DNA of 64,000 nucleotides. Origin: the human T2T-CHM13v2.0 reference genome, Homo sapiens. The translations under genes and the position numbers were made by a program. Position 1 is the first letter of the stretch. Each line of letters starts with the position of its first letter. Of the stretch, positions 42,237-57,462 are shown in pieces. The notes beneath the pieces were generated by a model. That model searched no databases and was not told where the DNA came from. It saw nothing but the letters and a program-made list of their open reading frames with translations. The stretch lies in NCBI RefSeq assembly GCF_009914755.1, contig NC_060947.1; one strand, given 5' to 3'.

Positions 42237-43383
42237 TCTCTCTCCCCCTTTTCTTTTGAATTCTTTGGATTTGTTTTTCATATTCCACTTTAATATATCT
42301 GTTGACCTCTGACTATGTCTCCTGTATTATTTCTTAGTGCTTGCGCTAGGCCTGATAATATACATACCTAACCTTTCACAGTTTACTCAGAGTTATATTT
42401 TACTACCATAGTAAAAATGTGGAAGTTTTACCATGGAGTTTATCTTTTCCCACAAACCTTTTTGTTATAGTTGTCATATGGGTTACAACTATGTACACTG
42501 ATTGCAATGATCATACATAATTTAAGGAATTTAAGAAAAGAAAATTTAGTTTTGTATTACCCATTTTTTATTATTCATCTTTCTCTTACTTTATTCCTGA
42601 AATTTTTTCCTACAGGCCTTCAAATCAACTTTTTATTAGTTACAACAATGAAATTGAATATTTAATTTTTTCTCTTAAGAACGAGATTTAATAAATTCAA
42701 CTTCATGTAATTTTCCTTCAGCCTGAGATCTTTCGGCAATGAGTTCTGTGAGTTTCCCTTCATCTACGAATGCCTTTCTTTATCCTTCATCCCAAGGAGG
42801 GTTTTTAATGGATATTTAATGGATATAAAGTTTTACATTAGCAGTTAGTTGCTTTCTTTCATCATTTTAAGATACCATCTCACTATTTTCTGGCCTTCAT
42901 GGCTTTTAATGAGAGAACATTGGTAATTCAAATTATTGTTCCATTAATTATAATGAATTATTTTTCTCTAGCTACTTAATATTTTCTTTCTCTATTGTTA
43001 GAAGCTTGATTGTGGTGTATCTGGGCATTGATTTCTTTGAGTTTATCATGGTTGGGGGTTGCTGAGCTAATGAATATGTAATTTTGTTTCTCATCAAATC
43101 TGGAAGTTTTTGGTCCTAATTTCTTCACATTTTTTTTATGGAGCAATCACTTTTTCTTCTTCCTGAGACTTCAAAGACATTTATTTTAAAACTTCTGAGA
43201 TTTTCCCACTGTTTCCTGAAGCTCTTCTCAGTCTTTTTTCAATCTTTCTTCTCTCTCTGTTCTTCAGATTGGATAATTGTTATTGATCTGTCTTCAAGTT
43301 CATTGACTCTTGCCTCTGTCATCTCCGTTCTGCTCTCAATCACATGATCATATTATGTGAATAGTTTATTTATCTGTGTTTTG

Positions 43384-44222
43384 TTTTTTAACTTTTAAGT
43401 TCAGGGGCACATGTTATACAGGTATATTGCACGCCATGGGGCCTTGGTATACAGATTATTTTGTCACCCAAGTAAAAGCATAGTATCCAATAGGTAGTTT
43501 TTCTCTCCTTAGCCTCCTCACTCTCCACCATCAAATAGACCCTAGTGTCTATTGTTCCTTTCTTTGTGTCCATATGTACTCAAAGTTTAGCTCCCACTTA
43601 TAGTGAGAACATGTGGTATTTGGTTTTCTGTTTCTGTGTTAGTTTGCTTAAGATAATGGCCTCCAGCTTTATTTACGTTTCTGCAAAGAACATGATCTCA
43701 TTCTCTTTTTATTGCTACATAGTATTCCATTGTGTATAGGCACTACGTATTTTTATCTGGTGTTCCATTGATGGGCATTTACGTTGGTTCCATGTCTTTG
43801 CTATTGTGAATAATGCTGCAATGAACATACACTTGCATATGTCTTTATGGCAGAACGATTTACATTCCTTTAGGTATATACCCAATGATGAGACTGCTGG
43901 GTCAAACGGTAATTCTACTTTAAGTTATTTGAGAAGTCCCCACACTGCTTTCCACATGGCTGAACTAATTTATATTCCGACTAACAATATGTAACTCTTC
44001 CCTCTTCTCCACAACATTGTGAGTATCTCATTGCGGTTTTGATTTGCATTTCTCTAATGATCAGTGATGCTGAGCATTTTTCATATTGTGCTTGCAGGTC
44101 ACACGTATGTCTTATTTTGAAAAGTATTTGTTCAAGTACTTTGCCCACTTTTTAATGGAGTTGTTTGTTTTTTGCTTGTTAATTTGTTTAAATTCCTTAT
44201 AGATTCTGGATATTAGACCTTT
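43384..44222 (-). mobile_element. 5'-truncated L1 (L1PA15/16-like) 3' end
   Basis: tttttaacttttaagttcagggg...acagattattttgtcaccc...catagtatccaataggtag...gctattgtgaataatgctgcaatgaacatac. Confidence 0.85.
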
Positions 44223-44384
44223 GGAATTGTTTATTTTAGATATTGAATTTTCAGTTCTAAAATTTTTATTTGATTATCTTATAGTTTCTACTTCTGTGAA
44301 AGAAATAGAATGTCTACTTATTAGACAGTGATTTTAAGCAGCTGTTATATACCGGCTCAGTGAAATAAATGAACCCGTAGAATT

Positions 44385-45391
<1,007 letters not shown>

Positions 45392-45419
45392 AAACTGTCG
45401 TTATCAGCATAAAAAAGAG

Positions 45420-46395
45420 AGTCTGAGATCACTCTTGTAGGAAGATTTTGAGCAAAGAAGTGGCATGATCTAATGTATGTTTTAAGATGGACAACTTGAT
45501 TGCTATTGGGAAAACAATAAATTGGACTGGAGCAAAAAGAAGGAGACTACTTAGAAAGCTTTTGAAATAATGTAGGTGAATTACAGTTTATACAAGGATC
45601 GTAGCAGTAGATGTGGCAGATATTTGTTAGATTATAGATGTGTTTTGAAGATACAGCCAACAAAGTTCCCTAATATATTGTATGTGTGATATGTGTGTAT
45701 CCTTCTTTAATAATAATGAAGGAATCAAAGGTGACTCCATTTTTTTTCACCTAAGAAAATAGAAGTTTGCATTTTTCAAATTAGAGACGCTGAAGACTTG
45801 GGAAGAAGAAAGTTTGGAGTTTAGAAGAAAAGGTTGCAGGGGAAGATTGGGTTTGTCGTGCCTTTTTGTCATGTAAATAGAAGTGTTATGTAGACATTTA
45901 GATATACAGGGCTGTATTTTAGGAGAGATGTGTTGGCTTGGAATAAAGAGTATACAAATGGGGTTTTAAACCATAAGAAGGGATGAGATCACTTAGGGTA
46001 CGAGTACAGATGGAGAAGATGAAAAGTCTGGGTACTGATCCTAAGATATTTCAACTTTTAGAAATAGAGGAGGTAAGAAGAAATCAGCTAAGTAGACTGA
46101 GAAGAGGTTAGTATGATGTAAGTGAAAAACTAAACCAATGGCAGATCAGAAGTCACATGAGAAGCTATTTCAAGAAAGGAGAAGCATGATCAACAATGTC
46201 AAATGTAGAGTCTAGAAAATGAGATCTGTGAAGTAAAATTAGATCTGACAAATAACTATTTGATTTTAGCACCACAGAGGGTTATTTGTGACCTTGATAA
46301 GAGAATTTTCAGTGTAATATTGGAAGTGAAAGTCTGGATCTAGTAGGTTCAAGATGGAAAGGGGAGCAGAGAAATTGTATGAGTTCAAGGAAATA
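45420..46395 (-). mobile_element. L2 fragment
   Basis: gaagattttgagcaaagaagtggcatgatctaa...ggaatcaaaggtgactcc...ggatgagatcacttaggg...gtgaccttgataagagaattttcagtg are reverse-strand L2 motifs. Confidence 0.8.
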
Positions 46396-47084
46396 TTTTT
46401 CGGCGAACAAACATAGATTGCATTTGGATTAAAAATGTTATTAATATGCTGGTTCTTTCAGCCACTGTATTTTTTTGTTACTATTAAGCTATTAGACAAT
46501 CAATAGATACCTATTAACCTCAAAGTATAATAGAATTGACCAAAATGTTCTGCTCTTAATAAATAGAGCGTAAATAGTATTTATAGAGCTAAGGACATTT
46601 CAGTAGTTCTAGACTTCAGGCATTGCTGCAAGCAATTTGAAACATTACTGTCCTGTCTTTAAAAAACAATGCAAGGTAGAGAAAGAGAGCAACCAGAGTT
46701 GACTAAGAAATGTATTTTCATCAATGTCATGAATATTGTAATAACAATTTGTCCTGCATTATTTTTGGACTACATTTTTAGGACTGATATGTGTGTTTCA
46801 AATTAAGGAAAAATTTGCATCGAACTATGTTTTCATTTAGATGACAAAAACAAAGATAATGAATAATATAAAGGCACAATTTTAACAATATAATAACTAA
46901 TATCAATGCTTATTGTTGCATAAAATAATACTATTTTAGGAAATTATTAAAATAAAACATTTATATTCATGAATTTGAAAATATGATGAAATGGCAAAAA
47001 CAGGGTATTGCATATTTTTAATAAGCCCTTTAAAAATAATATGGTATCTCATAATCTAAGCTGAAAATACTAGAGGAAATAGTA

Positions 47085-47197
47085 TAATTTTATTCGAAAG
47101 GGACCTTGGAGTTGATTTTATCCAATGTTCTTCCTTTATAAACATAGCAATTTAGATGCAAAGTATATAATGACCTGCCCAAGGTAGCCCAACTAAT
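47085..47197 (-). mobile_element. MIR fragment
   Basis: aagggaccttggag...tccaatgttcttcctttata...aatgacctgcccaaggtagcccaactaat. Confidence 0.6.
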
Positions 47198-50100
47198 TTG
47201 GACAATGTTTGGTATTCTGTGGTGTTCAGTACTATTGCCACTTTACTATTGAGAATTATGTTAGAGAAGCAATTGAAACATATGCAGAAAACGTTGCATT
47301 ATCTTCTTTCCTCTATCCTCCCCTTCACTCCCTGCCTTTCTCCTTTCCTTCTTTCCCTTCTTTTCTCCTTCCTCCAGTTTCAGCTTTATAAAAAAATTTT
47401 CCTCTTCTTTAAGAAAGGAAAACTTAAGTGTTAGTGAAGTGGGAGAAAGTTGAGAAAGGAGAATTATTTTAGTAGCTTCCCCTATAATTATTTACCTTCA
47501 TGCCTATGCACATGCACACACATACCTAAAACCATTTGGAAGACATAATTCTAAAAGCATTAAGTTTCCAAATTTTTTCTAGTTTAAAAAATAACCTCTA
47601 ATATTGTATCCTGGGACAGAAAGCAATAACAGTAACCATGCTTTACTAAATAAATCAAGATTTATTTAATGAACTTCAGATTAATCATGTTCCGAGGTTT
47701 CACTTTTCTGTGGGCTATTGACCAATATAGCAAAAATTTAGTGTCATATGAGTGCAGACAGGCACAGTTTTAAATTCTATTTTTCATAGTTACTAGTTTT
47801 TTAAAGTTTGCAAATGATTTAACACCTCTGATCCTTAGTTTGCTAATCTAAAATATAAGGGTGATAATAATGCTTATTTTGTAAAGTAATTGATAGCTGT
47901 ACATGGTACACCTGGTATAGTATAACTTCTCATAACCGTTAATTATTTTATTGCCATTATTGCTCTTAGTACCAGTAATAACACTCTTCCAATGGAAAAT
48001 ATTATTCTGAAAACTCATAAATATAATAATATTCATTGTTTCAGAAATTAGCTAAAAGTAGGACCTATGAAGTATTATGGTGCTGGTTAACATAACATGT
48101 AGTTAGTGAAATCACCAATAAATGAAGACATGACATATAATCTAAATTATATTATATTTGCATAGTCTAAATTATATTATATTATGTATGGCATATGTCC
48201 ATACTCCATCCTAAGAAATCCAATTCTTTTAATAATTGTAATAGAATTGATTGAGCTTGCTATTAGAGTGTTTAACTGTACTCTTGAAATGGGTTTTACT
48301 AAAAGAGATATGGAAAATTTTATTTATGAGCTTCAAATGAGCATCTAATCTACTAATGTCATTGTAATTTCTCATACAAGTGTACAAATGATAGCGCAGC
48401 ATCTCTTTCAGGTGTTATATTCAGAATCATAATAAAACTCTTGCAGAATATATGTGTGCATCAAAATGAAATGACAATGAATTTTCTCTCGAAATTGATA
48501 GCACGTATTAGCATAAATTGAACTGTGCAACTGTGTCCATAACAGGCTGAGTGATGTAGCAGTTGATTGCTTTGTACACATTCTTGTGTTTTGCCTTCTG
48601 TTTTCCTTGCTGTGTGTTATTCTCTCTTCCGTCCCACCAAGGTGAGAGTAAATTTTTCCCTTCCTGGCTTTATTGCTTGAAGATAATAGAGTAAGGCAGG
48701 AGCATGTGCAAGGCAAAAGTACCTGTTGTCATCATTGCCCTTTTCCGGTGTCCCTCTTTATTTCCTTCTGTGTCTTTGATATTACAGGCAAAACTCTTTT
48801 ATAACACTTCATGCCATGGCCCCTTCCAGCTACAGATAGGACAGGTGGTTGAATGGCTAGCACTCCATGAGCTTTATTCATGTATATTTATAAAAGTGCA
48901 ATTTCTTTTTCTTTCTTTCTTTCTTTTTATATTATAGCAAACTCTTGTACATTTACTTACTTATTTTCTTTCAGTGATCATGCTAGTATGGTTGTGCTAT
49001 CTGAAAATCTAGCCTTTTAGCTTCCTAGATGATATACTTAATATGACTAAATAAATCCAGCCTGTACCACAACTGTCAAAACACCTGGAAATTTATAATT
49101 TCACCATCTCTTCAGAGCAAGAGAGCTTTTGTGACAAATATGGTAGGGTGAATACGGAGCAGATAAACCCATATACTCTGACTTTCAATAAAGCAAGAGG
49201 GGATAACACTTCATAGAGACCAGATACCACTCTATCAAGGTTACTGAATGGACTATGTCCTGTACCAGATGTGATGCCTCAATGTGACCAAATCCATTCT
49301 AGATGCCTCAAAGCTGGTTTTTTTGGACCTGCATTTTTTTGTGAAAAATAAAATGCTAACTTATAGGGAAAATGATAACTAATTTTCTTGGCAGTGGTCA
49401 ATAACTGGAGCTAGCATAAATAGCCGTTGGATTTATTTAGGAGAAGTTAACTCAGAATATAAGTGGCTTTCCCCTTCTACCTGTATCATAAAGCCTACCT
49501 TGACCAATGAGAAATCCAACAGTATTTGAAAATAAACTCCTGAGAACATAGGACGCAAACTAAGATAAGCAAATTACAGTTGTTATGCTCTCAATTGGCC
49601 TATAAAAATAAACAGTTTGAGAAATCTGTGTCTCCTACAGAACCACACTGACCAGATAGCACAGATGAGACAGCTAGCACCCTGATCATTAATGTCACAG
49701 GTAATTTTGTTGTTGGTTACTAGTATCTGCCATACATACCCTTCAGGAATTAAATGGGCCATCTTTGAAAGCCAAGGTCAAGGAGTGAAATTTTAAAATA
49801 ATAATCCACCCCCAGCTAACGAAAAGCTAGGACAGGTAGTGTTTTCATTGCTTTTGTATTCAGGCCCTTCTCGTAGTATGCTGTGCCTTATGAGGGGAAG
49901 AGAGACCCTTGATTTTCAAGGAGGGTGAGTGGGTGGGAGTGCTCCTATGGGGGATGTATATCATGACAAATAATGGGCTCTTAAAAATTACACCTCCTTA
50001 CTACCCTGATTCTCTGAAGCCCATAGCGGTGCCATGCATAGCCTTGTTGAGAATTGCTGCCTAGTGAGCCTCACTGACAGGTAATAGTAACGCATTCAGG

Positions 50101-53100
50101 TTTGTTGATAAGGAGAAAAGGTTTAGAAGTAATTGATAACTTTTCTTCCAATACAAGTTTTCTTAAAACTTCTAGTATGTTGTTAAACAACAGAGAAATA
50201 AGCGCTCTGAGTCTTGGGAGATTCTGTCTGTGTACAAGCATGAACTATGCTCCATATGAGAACATGAGCCTTGTCATCTGCTTTAAATGTCATTGGAGAA
50301 CAGTTATCAATGACTACTTTCCCAGGGTTAAAATTAATAAACTTGAGCTTATTGTATTGCAAGCTTCTTTAGGATTTCACCCACTGTGAAAATATCATTT
50401 AAATAACATTTTACCGAACTTCAGGACTTCTTGTAAAATTTTGTGACAGTTCATCTTAATATGCATAATATTTCTGTTCTGATTCCATTTTTGAACTTTT
50501 GTACTCTATTTTTATCTGTAGGATGGAGATAATGCTAGACAAAATTCAGAACAAAAGTATGTAATTTGAAAAATAACTGTTAAGAATTAATACTATGCAA
50601 TTTCCCATGGCAATTGATTACGTGTTTGTTCAGAAGTTTGGCACAGTTGCTTGATTAAAATATTAATTTTCCAGTTTCAATTGAGCAGTTTATGAATTTT
50701 ACTTTATGGTGTTTACTTTCTCTGATAATGTCAATGTTTTTCACTAATTATGTCCAAGGGTGAGCTACCTTGGCCAATAGAACAACTTGGTTTCAGGTAA
50801 TTTGTTCTTTTCAGTGGCTGTAAATGTATTGGCTATGTGGTTGAACTTTGACCATTTCTCTGACAATAATTTGCAACCTCCATGAGATCAGTCATAAATC
50901 CATAGTCAATTATGTGTTAGAAAATATATTAAAAAGCCTCAGAGGAACAAAATTATGTCATTTCTGTTGTGGAAGATTGGTTTAAAATAGGTCTTACAAA
51001 TATTATGAAAATACAACTTACTGTAATCATACTGCAGTTTGTCATATGTGGTTCATTGTTATGAGGCAGTAAGGTGATGGCAGAGGCAGCACTATATATA
51101 GCACATAAATAAAAATAAATCAGGTTTACAACTCTGTTTGCAACCATCTGTAATGCATGGTAGCATATGTTTTATAGTTTTATTGAGAGAATACATCTTT
51201 TAATTCTCAAAACTTTGAGTTTGAAAGCTCATCTCTGATAGAAACTAATGGTTGAATTACAAGCTAAAGTGAATTTCATTTTACTTATTCTTCTAATCAG
51301 TTTACAAAGTGCAGCTTTACCTGCAGGAGGCATTCTTCCTTTTCTTTTTTTAAAAGATGAAATGTAAAAGAAAGCTTACCTCAACTTTACTATATAATAT
51401 TGTCTCTTGGAAATGAAAAGTGCAGGATTTCTAACAGTCTCCTTCAAGTTGTAATTGAAAACAGTAAATTGTCTCCATATTTTCTTTAATACCTGTAAGT
51501 CTCCATACTTGTGAAGAAAATGAATTGATATTTTGTGTGGTAGTAGTAATACATTTATGAAATTTATTTGTAGACAGGAACTTTCCATTGAAGATATCTG
51601 ACTCTTTTCATAGTTGTATTTTGAAAAGGGGTATTTTTTTCCCTAGATGATAATGCTGTGTTTGAATTAACACTATTATACAAAGGAAGTATGAAGGACT
51701 TACAAAATTGCACTGGAGTTTAAGACTTAAAATAGAACTCAATTTTTGTTTTTGACAAGTTTACTCACACGTATAAGGAGGTAAGGGGAAAAATGTAGTT
51801 ACAAGTAATCAAAGCATTTGAAAATGTGCAGAAACTGAAGCTATTATTTTGGAGTGGGTGGGGAGGGAGAAATGGGAGTATTTCTATTATTCTATATCAT
51901 GTCTAAGATACCTATTAATTCAAACCTCAGTAATCTTAATCAGATTATCTTCACATGAGATGAGAATAAATTCTCTACCTGAAATTCTCCACCTTACAAT
52001 ATAGGATCAAGGCAAGAATTTCGGAAGCTACATATTGCTAAAAAACTGAATTATCTCTCTGTGTATCATCCATATAGAAATTAATGAGCTTATATCTAGA
52101 AGCTCATCTTTTTTTTACTCCTCTGACAACTTAGACAAGGTTAAAATCTTAAACAAATTTTAAATTCCCTTTAAAGAAACACTGTAAAGGAAATACTACT
52201 TCTAACTTGGCAATTAAATTTTCATTAACCTAGTAATTTTTACATATTTTAATATAAAGGACAAAATGATCTGACAATACATTTACTTAACATTTGATTG
52301 CCTCAGAAACGCACCACCCAAGAAATATGAATAAAAGGATTCCTCAAACAGTAATAATGAATTGACCATTTTATCGTAGTTAATGATCCTTTTGCATTTT
52401 TATTACCAGTATTGCCCTTGTTATTTTCTTTTTTCTTCCTTTGCAGCCTTCATTTCATGGTCTTTTAAAATTGCATTGTCATTTAAAACTTTTTAAATGA
52501 TTCCAAATAATATGGCACCATTCTCTTAAAGTTTCTAATGATTAGTAATTTCTACAACCATCTGTATATTTATATTGGTAGCTTTCAACAGAAATACCAT
52601 TTAGATTAGATTAAAAGATTTCATAAATTAGGTTATGCACATCTAATTTTACTTTATAAAATATATTTAAAGATAGCTTTGCATTTTAAAGTTTTATTCT
52701 CCAGCGTATGATATTACCAGATATGAGTGACATCAAAACCACCTCTTCAAAATTGAAAAATTTCATCCTATGGATGAATAAATGTTATGTGGCTCAAAAT
52801 GCCTTCTTTATTTGGCTGCATTTCCCATGGTAGGTAGTTCAGTGTTTCATATCAAGTAGGAGTTGAGTAAATACTTGTAGTGTATGTATGGAAAATAGTT
52901 GCTAAATAAATTCTACCAGAAAATAACTGTGATTTCCATGGGCACTCTGTTAAAAAGGGGGAGGGAGGGTAGATATTTATTTGTTCACATATATGATAGC
53001 TAAATAAAGTTAAAATATATTTTTGACAAAAATAACCACTCAGTATATTGATAGCATCATTACAATTGTTTTTTTACTACTGGCTATGAAGTTTTATAAT

Positions 53101-53919
53101 TAGAGCTCTGAATCATTAACAAAATCCACAGGAAAACCTAGTGAACAAACTTTCATAAGTTTTCAAAATTTATATTTTTTATTTTTATGTTTTAAATCAA
53201 TTAAAACTTATTTGTGAGCTAAATCATCTTCAATACAATTTTGGTTGAGATATAGAAAGTCATGTTGTATTACTCCAAAGCATACTGTAAATCCATTAAT
53301 ATAAATCTGGACTTGGCTAATGTAGTTTAGTTTAACAAGGAATAGACAATAAATGAACTACCTTAGTTTCTGCAATAGAAAGTGGTGAAGGGGGGATTCA
53401 TAGTGGTGTTTTTTGTTGTTCGTTTTGCTTTTTGTGTCTTTGTTTTTAAAGAGCTATTATTGTAATTGCTACTAGGGACTATAAGTCAACAATAAACTTA
53501 TTCAAAAAAAGTTTTATAAATCATTTGCTGTTTTAAAGCTTCAGTATCTTGTTCCTGCATTGAGCCTGACCCAGCAAATAAATATAGTGAGGAAATGAAT
53601 AGTTAGCATATAAATAATTCCTATTATTTGCAGTGATAGTAATATTAAACAGTGTTCAACCTTCTTTCCTGGTTGCTCCAACATTTTGGAAACATATTCT
53701 TGTGGCCTACACTCACAGTGTGGATCACTCACCCTTTAGGATTATTAACAGAAAGTCTTCTGAACATATGAAGGAGATGAAAGGCAGCTGGAAGAGGTCC
53801 CATATGCTCTATTCCTTTCTCTTAGATTTTATGCTCTGAGAACATCTGTGTGAAGAGTAAAGTTGACATGGTGTTGCCAAAATGTCAGTGTTATGGGACT
53901 TGTAATTGATTACAAAAAT

Positions 53920-54070
53920 GACCCTTAGTGTAGAATAGGGTAAAAAACATGAGGTTGGAATCAGTCCTGAAAGTGAATCCTGATTTTCCTATAAAATGGA
54001 TATAACAGAGGGTAGATGTGCAGGACAAATGATATAATGTATGTAAAGCTCCTTGAATAGTGCTTGAGGT
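53920..54070 (+). mobile_element. MIR fragment
   Basis: ttttcctataaaatggatataacag...aaatgatataatgtatgtaaagctccttgaatagtgcttg. Confidence 0.55.
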
Positions 54071-54413
54071 CTTTTACTTGAACAGTAATGATAACTATTG
54101 TTCTTGTCTTCGTTTTTGTTGATATATCAAGACTTACAGTATGGGAGCAAATGGACACGTGCCTGTCCTTTCATAATCAAAAAGCATTAGTGATGTGACT
54201 TGTGAAGCAGTGTGAAAAGGTTCTGAACACACAGTAGCCTTCCTATAAGCAGAATACCAAAAGCAAACTCACTTTGCCTAGAGTAAGCTACTTACTTGGG
54301 ATCCAAGGGGGATTATTACAATTCAAGGTGAGGTCCATTATATTATTTTTTCATCTTCTAAGATCACAAAGCATAAGCACAAGATCCCTATAGATGTATT
54401 TTAACCTAAATTT

Positions 54414-54456
54414 TATCTATCTATCTATCATCTATCTATCTATCTATTTATCTATC
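54414..54456. repeat. Imperfect (TATC)n tetranucleotide repeat
   Basis: tatctatctatctatcatctatctatctatctatttatctatc. Confidence 0.9.
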
Positions 54457-54843
54457 TTCCTATTTAACAGATTTTCTATTTGTACATTCATGCCATAGTG
54501 TGCAAAGACTTTTGCCATTTACCCATATGCTGTTTAACACTTGGTTTAACAAAAAGAAGCTTAATGAAAAGAACACAAATGAACTACCTTTCATAACTAT
54601 CAAACATATTTTTCACTAATCTTAGCAAGATTCTATAATTACATGATACTACTTTTTTCATTGACATAGCTTAAGAGAAGAAAAGACAAAATGTAAGTAT
54701 CAGTCTCTGGCAGACTATGTTAAATATGTTTACTCATAATGAATTAAATTTATAGGGTAAAGAAGAAGAGTGAATTTTTAAAAACGTATATTCACTTAAT
54801 GAATACCTTAAGTAATGACGTAGAGCCACACTCAAAATTTAAA

Positions 54844-55014
54844 TTTTCTTTTCTTTTTAAGAGACAAGGACTTGACTGGTCACCTAGGTCGGAGTGCAGT
54901 AACATGATCATAGCTCACAGTACCCTCCAACTCCTGGGCTTAAGAGGTCCTTCTGCCACAGCCTCTCAAGTAGCTAATTTTTTTTTTATCATTATTATTC
55001 TTTGTAGAGACAGA
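54844..55014 (-). mobile_element. AluJ fragment (right arm and linker), cut by a THE1 LTR
   Basis: ggagtgcagtaacatgatcatagctcacag...ctcctgggcttaag...tttgtagagacaga. Confidence 0.82.
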
Positions 55015-55138
55015 TGTATTAGTCCGTTTTCATGCCCCTGAAAAAGACATACCTGAGACTGGGGAATTTATAAAGAAAGAGAAGTTTAATGGACTCACAG
55101 TTCCACATGGCTGGGGAGGCCTCACAATCATGGCAGAA
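55015..55138 (-). mobile_element. THE1 (MaLR) LTR, 3' ~125 nt only
   Basis: tgtattagtccgttttcatgc...aaagacatacctgagactggg...gactcacagttccacatggctggggaggcctcacaatcatggcagaa. Confidence 0.88.
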
Positions 55139-57291
55139 AACATCCAGAAAAGAAGTCTATCGACTCAATCTACACTGAAGTTAAAGGAACACCCACACAC
55201 ACAAATGAGGAAGAACCAACACAAGAACCCTGGTAACTCAAATGGCCAGTGTCATATGTCCATGAATGACTGCACCAGTTCTCTAAGAAGGGCTCTTAAC
55301 CAAGCTTAGCTGGCTGAAGTGACAGACATAGAATTGAGAATATGGATAAGAACAAAGATCACTGAGATTCAGGAGAATGGCAAAACCAAGTCCAGGAAAA
55401 CTAAGAATCATAATAAAATGATACAGGAGTTGAAAGCCGAAATAGTGGAATAACAGCAGAATAGACCAAGATGAGGAAATAATCTCAAATCTTGAAGACT
55501 GGCTCTCCAAAATAAGACAATTAGACAAAATTAAGAAAAAAAAAGAATAAAAAGGAATGGACAAAATCTCTGAGAAATATGGGCATATGTACAGAGGCCA
55601 AATCTACTAATCATTGACATCCCTGAAAGGTATGGGGAGAAAGCAAACAACTTTGAAAACATATTTCAGGCTATCATTCATAAAAATTTCCCCAATATTG
55701 CTAGAGAGGCCAACAGTCAAATTCAGGAAATACAGAGAACCCCTAAAAAATCAGACACAAGAAGATCATCCCCAAGAAACATAATCATCAAAATTTCTGA
55801 GGTCAAAATGAAAGAAAGAATGGCAGCTAGAGAGAAGGGGCAGATCATCTACAAAGAGAATCCTTTCTGGCTAACAGCAGACTTCTCAGCTGAAATCCTG
55901 CAAGCCAGAAGAGATTGGGGGCCTATATTCAACATTCTTAAACAAACAAACAAACAAATTCAACCAACATTTTCATATGCAGCCAAACTAAGCTTCCTAA
56001 GGGAAGGAGAAATAAGGTCCTTTTAAGATAAGCAAATGTTGAGGGAGTTCATTACCACCAGACCTGTCTTATAAGAGATCTTGAAGGAGCACTAAATATA
56101 GAAAGGAAAGACTGCTACCAGCCTATATAAAAACACACTTAAATACACAGACCAGTGACACTATAAAACAATCACACAAACAAGCCAGCATAATAACCAG
56201 CTAATAACACAATTACAGGACCAAACGCACACATATCAATACCAACATTGAATGTAAATTGGCTAAATATCCCACTTAAAAGGCACTGAGTGACAAGCTC
56301 CTGCATAGCAAAAGAAACTGTCAACAGAGTAAACAGACAACCCACAGATTAAATTATTTTTTGCAAACTGTGCATTCAACAAAGGGCTAATATCCAGCAT
56401 CTATAAGGAACTTAAACGAATTTATAAGAAAAAAACAAACAACCCCATGAAAAAGTGGGCAAAGGGCATGAACAGACACTTTTCTAAAAAAGACATACAT
56501 GTGGCCAGCAGGCATATGAAAAAAATCTCAATATCATTAATCATTAGAGAAATGCAAATCAAAACCGCAATGAGATACCATGTCACACCAGTCAAAATGG
56601 CTTTTATTAAAAAGTCAAAAAATAACAGATGCTGGTGAGGTTATGGAAAAAAAGGGAACACTTATACACTGTTAGTGAAAGTATAAATTAGTTCAACCAT
56701 TATGGAAAGCAGTATGAAATTCCTCAAAGAGTTAAAAACAGAACTACTATTTAACGCAGCAATCCCATTACTGGGTGTATACCCAGAGGAATAAAAATCA
56801 TTCTAACATAGAGAAACACGCACACAAATGTTCACTGCAGCACTATTCACAATAGTAAAGACATGGAATCAAGCTAAATGCCCATCAATGACAGATTGGA
56901 TAAAGAAAACGTGGCACACATGAAATATTATGCAGTCATACAAATAATGAGATCATGTCCTTTGTGGGCACATGGATAAAGCTGGAGGCCATTATCCTTA
57001 GCAAACTAATGCAGGTACAGAAAACCAAATACAACATGTTCTCACGTATAAATGGGAACTAAATGATGAGAACTCATGAACAAAGAAAGAAACAACAGAC
57101 AAAGGGGGCCTCCTTGAGGGTGGAGTTTTGGAGGAGGGAGAGGAGCAGAAATAATAACTATTGAGTACTAGGTTTAGTACCTGGGCGACAAAATAATCTG
57201 TACAGCAAACTTCCATGACACGAGTTTACCTATATAACAAACCTGCACATGTATTCCAACCTAAAATAAAAGGTTAAAAAAAAAAAAAAAA
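55139..57291 (+). mobile_element. L1 (L1PA13/14-like): end of 5' UTR, decayed ORF1, ORF2 with large internal deletion, 3' UTR, poly(A)
   Basis: ORF1 peptide LTADFSAEILQARRDWGPIFNILK; ORF2 C-terminal peptide [16 protein letters not shown]; 3' UTR gagaggagcagaaataataactattgagtactagg; A-tail to 57291. Confidence 0.9.
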
Positions 57292-57462
57292 AGAATGTAA
57301 TTTGATTGTTTGTAACACAAAGGATAGATAAATGATTGAGGGGATGGATACCCGTTTCTCCATGATGTGATTATTATGTGTTGCATGCCTGTATCAAAAC
57401 ATCTCATGTATCCCATAAATATATACACCTACTCTGTACGCACAAAAATTTGAAAATGAAAA
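57292..57462 (+). mobile_element. L1MA1/2-like terminal remnant
   Basis: ttgtaacacaaaggata...ggatggataccc...catgcctgtatcaaaacatctcatgtatcccataaatatatacacc, homologous to the distal part of the element at 38388-38742. Confidence 0.85.
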
